From positions 52,400 through 116,399 of the IMG/VR virus record IMGVR_UViG_3300014019_000001: a DNA stretch of 64,000 nucleotides; one strand, given 5' to 3'. The notes beneath the pieces were generated by a model. That model did not search any database. It was not told where the DNA came from and was given only the letters and a program-made list of their open reading frames with translations. The DNA comes from a virus. Lineage: Duplodnaviria > Caudoviricetes. Positions 38,372 through 48,400 of the stretch are shown one piece after another (positions within the stretch are counted from its first letter, which is position 1; every line of letters begins with the position of its first letter). The translations under genes were made by a program, and so were the position numbers.

Positions 38372-39328
38372 CTACTTCAAGGAGTTCTTGAAATTGTCGA
38401 TATTGGTCAGGTTCGGCCGGCGCTTGAGCGTGACACTGCCCTTCTCAACCGCCTTCAGCATGTAACTGATAATCCGGTGCATCGCCTTCTGGGCGTCACC
38501 GTTGCCGGTCCCGAATTTGCCGTTCCACGTCGCCGAGTTGTTCTCGTCGCCATTCACGCCGCAGCGCAGATAGGTGTCGAGATAGAAATGAGCATTACCC
38601 TCGCCGTTGTTGAAGACGATCCCGGTCTTGTTATTGTAGGCCTCGATCATCTTCTGCGTGGAGACACCCATGTCACGGCGGAGCATGAGCAAGGCACTCG
38701 CCAGGAACGGAACCTTGAAGCGAGCCTGGACCGGGCTCATCTTATCGAGAGCCTTCAGCTCGGCGCAGAAGAATTTGATCTGGGCATCGCGATCATTCTT
38801 ACCGGGAGCGCCGCTGACATAGGAGCAGGCGAGTGTCAGCGCTTCGCCGAAACTGCCCTTTGCCAGCCAATCAGTCTGAAGATTGATGTCGGCGGCGTTC
38901 ATGAGGCCCTGAATGGTATCAGGTGAAGTCTTCACCGAACGCCGACTGTCGTGGCTGTTGTAGAGCCGCTCGGACTCAGTTTTCAGGCTGATTTTCGGGT
39001 CGAGGAGGTCGTAGACGATCACGAAGAGCGTAGTCAGTCCGCTCATCTTGCGCCCGATCAGGTATGCGCGCGTATGCCCGTCGATCTTGACCGAATTTCC
39101 ATGCACGTCGCGCGCCATAAAGACGACGCCGTGTTCCGGACGAAGGTCATTCAGATGAAGCGTGTTACGAAGACTTTCATTGCGCTGGATCGAATTGCGC
39201 GGAACCTGCTCCCACTCTGCCGCCGTCATGATCTCGGCGGAGATACGCACATTCTCGATGATCACGGATGTCGCCGGAACGATCGGCGACACGAGCTTCG
39301 GGGAAGAAGTGCGAAGTGCCTGTGCCAT
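38372..39328 (-). CDS. ParB/Srx-like N-terminal domain protein
   Basis: IQRN...KIDGHTR motif; monocistronic with promoter/operator at 39350-39392. Confidence 0.6.
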   Translation of the reverse strand: MAQALRTSSPKLVSPIVPATSVIIENVRISAEIMTAAEWEQVPRNSIQRNESLRNTLHLNDLRPEHGVVFMARDVHGNSVKIDGHTRAYLIGRKMSGLTTLFVIVYDLLDPKISLKTESERLYNSHDSRRSVKTSPDTIQGLMNAADINLQTDWLAKGSFGEALTLACSYVSGAPGKNDRDAQIKFFCAELKALDKMSPVQARFKVPFLASALLMLRRDMGVSTQKMIEAYNNKTGIVFNNGEGNAHFYLDTYLRCGVNGDENNSATWNGKFGTGNGDAQKAMHRIISYMLKAVEKGSVTLKRRPNLTNIDNFKNSLK

Positions 39329-39404
39329 ATGTCTATCTCTCTTTCTCGCTAATGCATTGATTACTTACGTATAACGCGAAAGAAAAAGGACTTCGGCTGG
39401 ATAG

Positions 39405-39827
39405 TTAAGGACGCGCGACGGCAGCTTTGCGCTTGAACTCCTTCAGGGGCAAATAGCGCTGGAGCGCGCCGCCACGGCTCTCGTAGTTCATGATCCGGGC
39501 GTGGCTGGTGTCGAAGAACTTGTCGATCGGGGCAAGCCAAATATCGTCCGATTCCTTGCACAGAACGCCGACGACCTTGATGCCTTCCACCCGTCGATCC
39601 CGGAGAGTTTCCTCATCGATCGCCCAGGCGGCCACTCCTTCGCGAATGGCCTCGGAGATGTTCTTTTTACCCGCCCGGAAAATCTCTCCGAGCCGGCGAT
39701 ACGCGAGATAGACCTGGGTGCCGTTAGGCAAGGTGTAGACGGCTCCGTAGAGCCGCCGGCCCTTCTTGACGAGCCGCTTGGGCAGCTTGTCCATCTGCTT
39801 CCGCAAGGTTGGCGGTTTGCGCGCCAC
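39405..39827 (-). CDS. Hypothetical basic protein
   Basis: GTG start with AAGGA RBS; WAIDEETL...QRYLPL. Confidence 0.7.
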   Translation of the reverse strand: MARKPPTLRKQMDKLPKRLVKKGRRLYGAVYTLPNGTQVYLAYRRLGEIFRAGKKNISEAIREGVAAWAIDEETLRDRRVEGIKVVGVLCKESDDIWLAPIDKFFDTSHARIMNYESRGGALQRYLPLKEFKRKAAVARP

Positions 39828-40254
39828 TTTCAAATCCTTTCCACTCAAATAGCCCCTGTTTTCCCTGAATAGGGATCGGATGCTCCAGCACTTCCGGCCG
39901 CATCATCCGCCAGGCGTAATTTCCAATCGAGAACCAGCCGTAGGAACGCTCTTCCTCGGTGATGTCCTCCAGAAACTCCTCAGTGACGACCTCGAAGCTG
40001 TCCAAGATCACCGTGCCGAGGAGGTAGCCTCTCGGCAGTTCTTCGAGAGGCGGCAGACCGGTCATCGCGTAGTAGCGCTGCATCAGTGGATCGGCGGCTG
40101 CGTTGCGCTGGTCCGGGGTGATGCTCTTGGTCGACGCGATCCCGATCCGCTGACCGATTGCAGACTTGGGCGGCGCCCAGGTCCTCGTTTCGAAGATTTT
40201 GAAGCCGTGGACCACAAGTGAGGTCCACGGCTGCCAGATAGAGATTACCTTCAT
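39724..40254 (-). CDS. ASCH-domain protein
   Basis: ISIWQPW.SL..HG.K.FETRTW...GKQGLFEW. Confidence 0.85.
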   Translation of the reverse strand: MKVISIWQPWTSLVVHGFKIFETRTWAPPKSAIGQRIGIASTKSITPDQRNAAADPLMQRYYAMTGLPPLEELPRGYLLGTVILDSFEVVTEEFLEDITEEERSYGWFSIGNYAWRMMRPEVLEHPIPIQGKQGLFEWKGFESGAQTANLAEADGQAAQAARQEGPAALRSRLHLA

Positions 40255-40327
40255 ATCGACCCCGTGATTTGCTGATTGAGCTATAGCAAGAACGGAGTCG
40301 GGATGAATCCCCTGGAAAGGGAAATCG

Positions 40328-40540
40328 CTAGTCGGATACCTCCGCGAGGATCTCCACCTCACCGACCTTCAGATCACGAACCGGAAGGTCTTTGATCGCC
40401 TCCGACCACTCGATCAGTTCCGCCGGGGTCTGGAGCGCGATTTCTCGCGCTTCTTCCTCGGTCGCAGCCTCGACGTTGAGCGTGGCGTGCTGGATCTGCT
40501 CGATGCGTCGGACAAGGACGATCTCGTAAAGCTGCTTCAT
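40328..40540 (-). CDS. Hypothetical protein
   Basis: VEAATEEEAREIA; coupled to recA. Confidence 0.6.
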   Translation of the reverse strand: MKQLYEIVLVRRIEQIQHATLNVEAATEEEAREIALQTPAELIEWSEAIKDLPVRDLKVGEVEILAEVSD

Positions 40541-41667
40541 GCCGCTTCCTTGACGTCATCCTCCTCGGGCGCGTCGGTCGAGATATCGACTTCGGCGACC
40601 ACCGGCGGTTCGTATTCCGGCGGCAAGAGAGCCGTCAGCTTCTTGAAGCCGCTTTCGCCTTCAGCTTCGATTTGGCGAGCAAGCGCCTCGCGGCCGATCT
40701 GTTTGCCTTCCCAGAGGACGTGGCCGGCCTTGACGTTCTTGTCGTTGCCCTTCTCGTCCTTGTAGGTCGTCGGCAGCAGCCCCTGTTCGTTGAGGAACTC
40801 GACCAGGCTGCGCTCACGGTCGAAGCGACCAGTGCCGTCCTGCTGGAACATAAAGCGCCAGGAGGCAGTCTGGAACGGCCGATTGACCTTGTTCTTCCGG
40901 AAGCCGCCGGTCACTTCCATACCGATGACGTCCTTGCCGAGCTTGATCTGCGAGGCCGACAGCCACAGGCGCTGCGAGAAGTAGAACTCGGGCGCGTCGC
41001 CGCCGGTCGTCTTGCGCGGATCGCCGAACGTGACGCCGATCTTGTTGCGCATCTGGTTGAGGAAGATCGAGCAGACGCCGTAGTCCTCGGAGATCTGCGC
41101 GACCGACGGGAAGTGCGTGGAGGTGCAGACGGCCAGCTCCAGCTTGTCGCGCATGTTGCGCTTGTCGATTTCACGCAGATTGCCCTTGTCGTCGTAGAGG
41201 AGGGCATGCGGCGTCATAGCGGCGAGCGAGTCCCAAACCCAGCAGATCGGCGCATCCTTCGGGATCAGTTTCTTCTCGCGGATCGTGCGCACGGCCTGGG
41301 CGAAGATGGCGATCGACTGTTCGAAGGTCTCGGGCTTGCGATAGACGAGGCGGCCGGGGGTCGTGTCGAGGCCGAGACGCGGCGCCAGCTTCAGCGAGAA
41401 GGAGCGCTCGTGGTCCATGAAGCCGGCGATGCCGCCGAGCTCCTGCGCGGCTGCCATGGCGCGCGTCGCGATGGCAGTCTTGCCGGAGGAGGGCGGGCCG
41501 GCGATTTCGATCATGCGACCGACCGGGAAGCAGCCCGTCCAGGAATTCGACGATGCGTTGTTCAGGGGCGGGAAGCCGCTGTCGAGCCAGTGCTTGACCG
41601 TTGCCTCCTCATCGTTGTCGCCGATGACGCCAAAGAGAGTTTTGGCGATGTCACTTGCAGAAGCCAT
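40537..41667 (-). CDS. recA: RecA/UvsX-like recombinase
   Basis: GRMIEIAGPPSSGKT, DHERS, WDSLAA, FLNQMR, TTGG.A..FY. Confidence 0.92.
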   Translation of the reverse strand: MASASDIAKTLFGVIGDNDEEATVKHWLDSGFPPLNNASSNSWTGCFPVGRMIEIAGPPSSGKTAIATRAMAAAQELGGIAGFMDHERSFSLKLAPRLGLDTTPGRLVYRKPETFEQSIAIFAQAVRTIREKKLIPKDAPICWVWDSLAAMTPHALLYDDKGNLREIDKRNMRDKLELAVCTSTHFPSVAQISEDYGVCSIFLNQMRNKIGVTFGDPRKTTGGDAPEFYFSQRLWLSASQIKLGKDVIGMEVTGGFRKNKVNRPFQTASWRFMFQQDGTGRFDRERSLVEFLNEQGLLPTTYKDEKGNDKNVKAGHVLWEGKQIGREALARQIEAEGESGFKKLTALLPPEYEPPVVAEVDISTDAPEEDDVKEAA

Positions 41668-41683
41668 TTGCTTTCCTTCCTGC

Positions 41684-42043
41684 TTACGAGTCTACGAAAT
41701 CCACATCTTCATCTGCCGCAACGAGGGCAGGCTTCGGCTTTCCTTGTCCGACGAGACGCTCACGAACAGGCGGCGCAGCGGGACGCGCCGCTGGTGCCTG
41801 GTATTCCTTGTCGAGCGAGAAGCCGCCGTTCGCCGCAAGCGCAGTGCGCAGGGACAGTTCCGCCTTGCTACGGCTGTCGCTCTGCACGGTCGCAAGGAAG
41901 TTGAAGGTCTTGGCGATGTCGGTCTCTTCGACGCTGCTGCTGCCTTCGATCAGGCGAACCAGATCGTGATAGGCACGAGCGACCTTGCCAACGGCCGCTT
42001 CGAGCTTGGCCCGGTCAGGCTGCTTGGTAGTTTCGGATGTCAT
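41684..42043 (-). CDS. Hypothetical protein
   Basis: GGAGG RBS; acidic tail. Confidence 0.6.
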   Translation of the reverse strand: MTSETTKQPDRAKLEAAVGKVARAYHDLVRLIEGSSSVEETDIAKTFNFLATVQSDSRSKAELSLRTALAANGGFSLDKEYQAPAARPAAPPVRERLVGQGKPKPALVAADEDVDFVDS

Positions 42044-42353
42044 CGAGATAAGCCTCCGGAATCCAGAGATTGCAGGTATTGAGCGCACCCTTGCGCTCAC
42101 GCTTTTCGTTCAGAGCCTTCATAACCTCCGCCCAGTTGACGTCGTTCATGCTGGCGAGGCTCATCAGGCACTCCAGAACGTCGGCGTATTCCTCCGGATT
42201 GGAGATATCGCGGGCGATCTCCTCAGCTTCCGAATGAAGCTTGGCGACGAGCAAAGCGGTCGCGACAGCCGGCGAGACGGCGAGGTTCAGCTCCGTGATG
42301 CCTGGACGCGGGACCATCTTGTCCCGGACAAGCTGCGGAATTCGCGTTTTCAT
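42015..42353 (-). CDS. MazG-like NTP pyrophosphohydrolase
   Basis: LVRDK...KL..EA.E...EEYADVLE...KRERKG. Confidence 0.8.
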   Translation of the reverse strand: MKTRIPQLVRDKMVPRPGITELNLAVSPAVATALLVAKLHSEAEEIARDISNPEEYADVLECLMSLASMNDVNWAEVMKALNEKRERKGALNTCNLWIPEAYLDDIRNYQAA

Positions 42354-43300
42354 GCTGCCTCCTGCATGATTGCCTGGTAGGCCGGGAAGACCGACGACCA
42401 GTTTTCGAGATCTTGGGTGAGGGATCGGAACAGCAGCCGGTCGCAGAACGCGCGCAGCTTGTTGATGTCCGGCTCACCCTTGGTGACGCGCAGATTGATG
42501 GGCGCCGGACGATGCGGCGTCTTGAGATCCATCAGCTTGATGTTGGAGGCGAAGGCGATCGCCTTGCTCTCATCCTCGACGAGCGCGCGATATTTCTTCG
42601 GCAGCTTGGCGACATCGACGGTCTTTTCGAGAATGCACTGGTTGGTGAAGCTGGCGAACGAGCCATAGGTCTGAAGGAACTCTTTCGCGCCCTTCTCACC
42701 GATACCGCCGACGCCCGGAATGTTGTCGCCCAGGTCGCCCATCAGCGCCTTCATTTCGATGAACTGATGCACGTCCTTGACGCCGTATTTCTCCGGCAGC
42801 ATCGAAGGTGTCATCTTCCGATCGTTGATCGGGTCGAACCATGTGACGTTGGGGCTGATAAGCTGAATCCAGTCCCGGTCGGCCGAGACGAGGATGATCT
42901 TGTCGCCACGAGGCTCAAAGCGCTGCACCATGATGCCGGCGAGGTCGTCGGCCTCCATGTTCGCTGCGCGCACCTGATTGATCCCGAGGAGCTGAATGCC
43001 GATCTCGATCAGGCGCGCCTGCTTCTTGAGCTGTTCCTTCTGCGCTTTCAGCGCGGCAGCCGCCGGCGTGTCGTCCTTGTCGCGATTGGCCTTATATTCC
43101 GGGTATTCGATCTTGCGCCAGGAGGCGCCGTCCCAGAGGACGGAGGGGGTGTAGAGATTGCCGTAGACCGCCATCAGCCGGCGGAGGGTGCGCATCATGC
43201 CGAAGACGGCCTGAACCTGCGTCTGGCCGACGGTGAGCGTCGTGCCGGCATTTGCAGCATGCGCGATTGAATTGCCATCAATGAGGAGGTGACTAGCCAT
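42350..43300 (-). CDS. 5'-3' exonuclease / flap endonuclease (T4 RNase H-like)
   Basis: LLIDGNS, YKANR, EADD, SADRD, GDLGDNIPGVGGIGEK. Confidence 0.92.
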   Translation of the reverse strand: MASHLLIDGNSIAHAANAGTTLTVGQTQVQAVFGMMRTLRRLMAVYGNLYTPSVLWDGASWRKIEYPEYKANRDKDDTPAAAALKAQKEQLKKQARLIEIGIQLLGINQVRAANMEADDLAGIMVQRFEPRGDKIILVSADRDWIQLISPNVTWFDPINDRKMTPSMLPEKYGVKDVHQFIEMKALMGDLGDNIPGVGGIGEKGAKEFLQTYGSFASFTNQCILEKTVDVAKLPKKYRALVEDESKAIAFASNIKLMDLKTPHRPAPINLRVTKGEPDINKLRAFCDRLLFRSLTQDLENWSSVFPAYQAIMQEAA

Positions 43301-43320
43301 TTTCGACCTTTCGAAATGAG

Positions 43321-43424
43321 AGCGGCGGCACGCGAACCAGGAACGTGCCGCCGCTTGTGCTGACCCTCTATTGCGGCGAGAGGGTCAGCAGCGCAGCGCC
43401 CGAGGGGGCAGGGAGGCGCTGCGC
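43321..43424. repeat. Three abutting perfect hairpins
   Basis: 12-bp (43321-32/43344-55), 12-bp (43358-69/43379-90) and 10-bp (43391-400/43415-24) stems. Confidence 0.8.
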
Positions 43425-43432
43425 GCTACTCG

Positions 43433-44461
43433 TCAGACGATCAGGCCGTCGAGCTCGGCGAGAACGTCATCCACCTCGGCCGAAGACAGAGCGTCATTCT
43501 GTGCGGGAGCCGCCGTCGCAGCAGCCTGGGCCGGCTGTGCAGCGGGTTCAGCCGGAGCGGCTTCCTCGACAGCAGCGACGGCTGCTTCAAGCTCGGCGTC
43601 CGTAACCTCCGTCGTGGCGGCACTGGTTTCGGTCGCATCTTCGACTGCCGTGGCGGTCGAGGTGAGAGCTGCGGCGGGGGTGCGTGCAGCGTTCGACGTG
43701 CCGGCAGTCAGGGCAGCGGTGGCACCAGCAGCGGCGCCGCCAGCAATGGCGATCAGCTTGGACTGCGGGATGCCGGCGATCTGACCGATGGCGTTGAGCG
43801 CCTTCGTTTCATCGCCCCGGAAGAATTCCTTCGCGATGTGGTCGTGCAGGTCGTGGCACTTGGCGATCGCATCCTTCTTCACGGGCTTGGAAACACCGGG
43901 CTTCACGTTCGCCGTGTATTCGGTGTTCATGCCCTTGCCGGTGCGCGTGACCACGATGTCGACGCCGTTGGCGAGATCGGTGATATCCTGGCCGGCGTCG
44001 TCATACTGCTCCATCAGGTCCCAGACCTGCTGGGCGGCCGACGGGCGCAGTTCGAGGATCTCGACTTCCTCGTTGTCGGGGTTGGTCGTGCGATCGATGA
44101 CGTTGAAGAGGATGTTCTTGGAGACCTTCCATTCCTCGTAGATGCCCTTGGACTGCTCGTCGTGAGCATTGGCGATCGCGAGGTCGACGGCAGTGCCGAC
44201 AGGGCAGGGTTCCTGGTAGCAGACGTCGCGGGAGCCGACGACGACGATCGGCTTGCCGTTCTTCTCCGCCTTGATCCAGTGAACGCCAAGTTCAGCCCAG
44301 AACTTGCCAGTGGGGCCAACCCAGGGAGCCTGGGCTTCGGTCGGCGCAAGGAAGCGGTAGACGTTGCGCCCTTCCTTGGGCTTGATGCGCTTGCCGTCGC
44401 TGCGACCATATTTGTTCTTGGCCTCGTTGACGGATTTGCGGAGCGCGGGAGACAGAGCCAT
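43433..44461 (-). CDS. gp32-like single-stranded DNA-binding protein
   Basis: G.N.YRFL, HW, CPV, DIVVTRTG.G..TEY; Ala-rich linker and acidic tail; lies between exonuclease and polymerase. Confidence 0.75.
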   Translation of the reverse strand: MALSPALRKSVNEAKNKYGRSDGKRIKPKEGRNVYRFLAPTEAQAPWVGPTGKFWAELGVHWIKAEKNGKPIVVVGSRDVCYQEPCPVGTAVDLAIANAHDEQSKGIYEEWKVSKNILFNVIDRTTNPDNEEVEILELRPSAAQQVWDLMEQYDDAGQDITDLANGVDIVVTRTGKGMNTEYTANVKPGVSKPVKKDAIAKCHDLHDHIAKEFFRGDETKALNAIGQIAGIPQSKLIAIAGGAAAGATAALTAGTSNAARTPAAALTSTATAVEDATETSAATTEVTDAELEAAVAAVEEAAPAEPAAQPAQAAATAAPAQNDALSSAEVDDVLAELDGLIV

Positions 44462-44579
44462 TCGATGATTCCTTCGTAAGTTCGTTAGTTCGTTCGGTCG
44501 TTCGTGCCTATAGCGAAATAGCTATTTAGCTAAATCAGTTATAGCAGTCGCGAAGAGGGACACGCTGCGAAAGTGCTGA

Positions 44580-44792
44580 TCAGGCGTATTTTTCGGCCAG
44601 GCGCTTCGCTTCGTCGGCCTCTTCGCGCAGATCGCTGGCGCGCTTGAGCGAGGCTTCTGCTTCCGTTTCGGCAGCATCGGCTTCTGCGAGCGCGCGTTCA
44701 CGGAAAGCCTTCAGGCGCTCGACGATCGAGGCGAGCGGCCCCATGATGTCGGCGATCGTTTCCTGCTTTCCGAAGGACATGCTCAGTTTCAT
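44580..44792 (-). CDS. Hypothetical coiled-coil protein
   Basis: AGGAGG RBS; promoter/operator at 44816-44857. Confidence 0.65.
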   Translation of the reverse strand: MKLSMSFGKQETIADIMGPLASIVERLKAFRERALAEADAAETEAEASLKRASDLREEADEAKRLAEKYA

Positions 44793-44862
44793 TTAATGAC
44801 CCTCCTAACGGTCTGTGAGTAACTGATTACTTATCTATAGCAGCACGAAAAAGGGATGCTGC

Positions 44863-45417
44863 TCATTCCGTAACGACGCCCTCATCCCGCGCCTTCGCCT
44901 GGCGGCGGGCGAGAAGACGGTCCTGGGTGGCGCGCGTTTCCTCTTCCTTGGCGTTCTTCAGCGCCACGGACAGCTCACCCTTGAGCTCCTCACGATTGAT
45001 CAGACCCTGCTGAACCAGCATGTCGCGACGATGCCGGAACGCCTCGACGGCGATCTTGGCGACGGACTCGATCTGCTTGGCCTCATTGAGCGCCTTCCTT
45101 GCCTCGATGACGCGGGGATGCCGGGTGACGATTTCGGAAATCTGGCTTTCGGTGGACTTCTGGCCGGCAAGCGCCTTCTTGTCGCGCTCGCGCCGTGCGA
45201 CCTCCGCCTCGGTGTTTTCCAGCAGCATCTTCATCTTGTCGACCTGCATACCGGCCTGGGCGGCGAGCACGCCGTAATTGGCGAACGTTGCCGCCTGCTC
45301 CATCATGGCCGAGGAGAGGTCGGCGTTGGAGTAGGACAGATCCTTCTTGAGCTGAACAGGATCGATGTATTGCACGACCTTGATGGTGGCCGGCTTCTCT
45401 TTGACTTCCTCGCTCAC
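44863..45417 (-). CDS. UvsY-like helical recombination mediator (tentative)
   Basis: TE..I...V..HP, AF.HRRDML; all-helical. Confidence 0.55.
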   Translation of the reverse strand: MSEEVKEKPATIKVVQYIDPVQLKKDLSYSNADLSSAMMEQAATFANYGVLAAQAGMQVDKMKMLLENTEAEVARRERDKKALAGQKSTESQISEIVTRHPRVIEARKALNEAKQIESVAKIAVEAFRHRRDMLVQQGLINREELKGELSVALKNAKEEETRATQDRLLARRQAKARDEGVVTE

Positions 45418-45465
45418 GGCGGGACTCCTTTTCGGGATTGCGATAGTGCTGTTATAGCGTTGATT

Positions 45466-48400
45466 TCATGGAAGAAGATCGACAACGGAGTGGAAGACAT
45501 CCTCCATGTTCTTCTGCTTGTCAGGGGAGAAATAGATTTCGCCCGGAGAGAAGCCGATCACGATGTTCGCATCCAGCTCCTTCGAATAAACGACCTTGCC
45601 CGCCTGGTCGGATGCCTTGCCTTTGAAGTCCGGGAAGAACTGCCGAACCACCGATGAGCCGAGCAGCACGATCACCGGCGGCTTCAGGATTTCGATCTCC
45701 CGCTGGAGATAGGGTGCGTAGGTGGCGATCTCGTCGGCGGTGAGCTGTTTCTCCGCTTTCGTGCGCTTCACCAGTGCCGTCCAGTAGGCGTCCTCGCGTG
45801 CAAGGTCATGAACAGCCATCGCGTCGATCACCGCGTTGACGGACTGACTCCAGCCCATCATGCCGATCTCCTCTTCCTGACTGCCGGGGCAGTCCTGAAC
45901 AAGCATGAACCTTGCGGTGCGCCCGAAGCTCGGCTTCACAGGCATGCCGTCGCTCGTGCCGCCGGGGCCGTGCCGCTCGCGATACTCGGCTGCCAGTGCG
46001 CCGATATCGTTCTTGGCCTCCTTGCCCATGTCGAGGTCACGATTGACCGGAACGTTGGCCGTGATCAGACCGGGAATCAGCTCGATGAGATCCCTGATCC
46101 TGGAGGGATCGGTCGCAGGGACTTGTCCCGGCTCGATGCGAGAGAAGGCTCCAACTTTGTCGAGCGCGTCCTGGTGGCGCACGTTGCATCGCCGCTTCTC
46201 GACGCGCGCAATGAAGTCAGCCTTGTTCTTGAACGGACCGGCTTTGCGCGCCTCCAGAATGGCGCCGGTCGTGTTGCCGGAAATACCCTTGATGCGCTGG
46301 AACGGGATCACCAGACGAACGTCTGTGGCGATTTCGAAGCGATCGGTGGAGATGTTGATGTCGGGCATAGAGACGTCGATCCCGAAGCGTGAGGCGTCAC
46401 GAATGATGCCCGGCAGCTTGTCCTCGTCCATGAGCGTGAGCGCGGCGGCAAAGAACTCGACAGGATAGTTGGTCTTCAGCCACATCGACTGATAAGAGAT
46501 CAGCGTGTATTCGACCGAGTGGCTCTTGTTGAAGCCGTAGCCGGCGAAGCCCTCGATCTTGTCGAAAAGCGCGCCTGCCCATTCCGGATCGCAGCCGATT
46601 GTCGCCACACAGCCGTCAACGAACTTGCCGCGCTCCTTCTTCATCTCCTCGGGGAGCTTTTTGCCCATGATCTTGCGGAGCTTGTCAGCGTCAGGCGCCG
46701 AGTAGCCAGCGATCGCACGCGCCACCTGCATGACCTGCTCCTGGTAGACCATAACGCCGAAGGTCTCCTTCAGGATCGGCTCCATGAGCGGATGATCGTA
46801 TTCCACCACCTCATAGCCCTGCTTGCGAAGATAGAAGCTCTCCATCATCCCGGACTCCATCGGACCTGGGCGATAGAGAGCCGTGGCAGCCGTGATGTCC
46901 TCGAATGTAATCGAGCCGTCCTTGCCGAGCTGTTTGAGGAGATTGCGCATGCCGCCGGACTCAAACTGGAAGACAGCGGTCGTCAGCCCTGTGGCGAAGT
47001 TCTCCAGGACCTTCTGGTCATCGAGCGGAATGCGCATCAGGTCCGGCCGGCGGCCGTGTCGCTCCTTGATATATTCCGAGGCGAGATTGATCAGGTCGAG
47101 CGTGTTGAGGCCGAGAATATCCATTTTGACCAGACCCTGGTCCTCGACGATGCGCTTGTCCCAGTTGACGACGGCGCCTTCCTTACGCCGCTCGATGACG
47201 GCGCGCTCCACGAGATCCATACCACCGACGATGACACCAGCGGCGTGCTGGCCGTAGTTGCGCATGGTGCCTTCCAGGCGCGTCATGATCGGCCACCAGT
47301 CCGGGTGCTTCTTGGCGAAAGCGTCGATCTCAGGAACTTGCTCGGCGCAGGCGGGGAGGGGGACGTTGGCGCCGTGCAGCTTTGGCACGTATTTCGAGCA
47401 GACGTATTCCTTCTCGGGCAATCCGATCACGCGGCTGACGTCACGGATCGAACTGGCAGCCGCCAGCGCTGCGAAGTTGGAAACGCCTGCCACGCGCTCG
47501 CGCCCATACTTCCGGTCGAGATACTCGAAAATCTCGTGCCGGCGCTGGGACATGAAGTCGAGGTCGGCGTCAGGCAAGTCGATACGGTCGGGGTTGATGA
47601 AGCGTTCGAACAGCAACCCGAACCGAATCGGATCGCAGTCCGTGATGCCCATCAGGTAAGCGACCAGAGAACCACCGACACTGCCGCGCCCAGGGCCAAC
47701 CAGGATGCCGTTTTGCTTTGCAAAGCGGACGACATCCTGGACGAGAAGGAAGTAGCCCGAGAACTTGAGCTTCTGGAGGACCGAAAGCTCGTATTTGAGG
47801 CGCTCCTTGTAAACTGACTGGAGCTCGTCCTTTCCGGGGAGGTGGCCGAAAACCTCTCCCGCAAATCGCTGCGCCCAGCCTTTCTTGCATTCCGCGACCA
47901 CGGCCGCGAATTCGTCCTCCGCCATTTTCGGGAGCGTGACCTCGGCTTTGGACCACTGGTAGCTGACTGCATCGACAAGATCCTTCGTGTTGGCGAGCCC
48001 TTGCTTGAAATGCGCGCCGGCGCTCGCGTTGCCTCGTTCGACAAAGCGCCGGGACGCCTTGCCCACCTCCTGAGCCAGTTCCTTCACACCGAGAATGTGG
48101 AAGTCGCGGTTGTGGGTCGAGCGGTGCCAGGCATCGCTGACCTTGTTGTTGTTGCAGATGGCAGCCATGATCTCGGCTGCGTCAGCTTCACCTTCGCGAT
48201 AGAAGGCAGGCCGGACGACGAGCGGCTCTGCGCCGCGATCGATCGCTTCCACGGCCAGCTCGTTCAGGCGTGCGAAATAGGGGGTGTCGATCGGGATCAT
48301 CGCCGCATAGACGTGCCCAAGACGCGACTGGATCTCCTGCTGGATCGCTACCGCCTCGGGATGCGCCGTCAGGGGAGCAACGTCGCCAAGCGTGATGCGA

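Noticed and set aside
44480-44503. GTTC repeats before SSB as a LexA box
   Set aside because: Spacing is N8 or shorter, not N7
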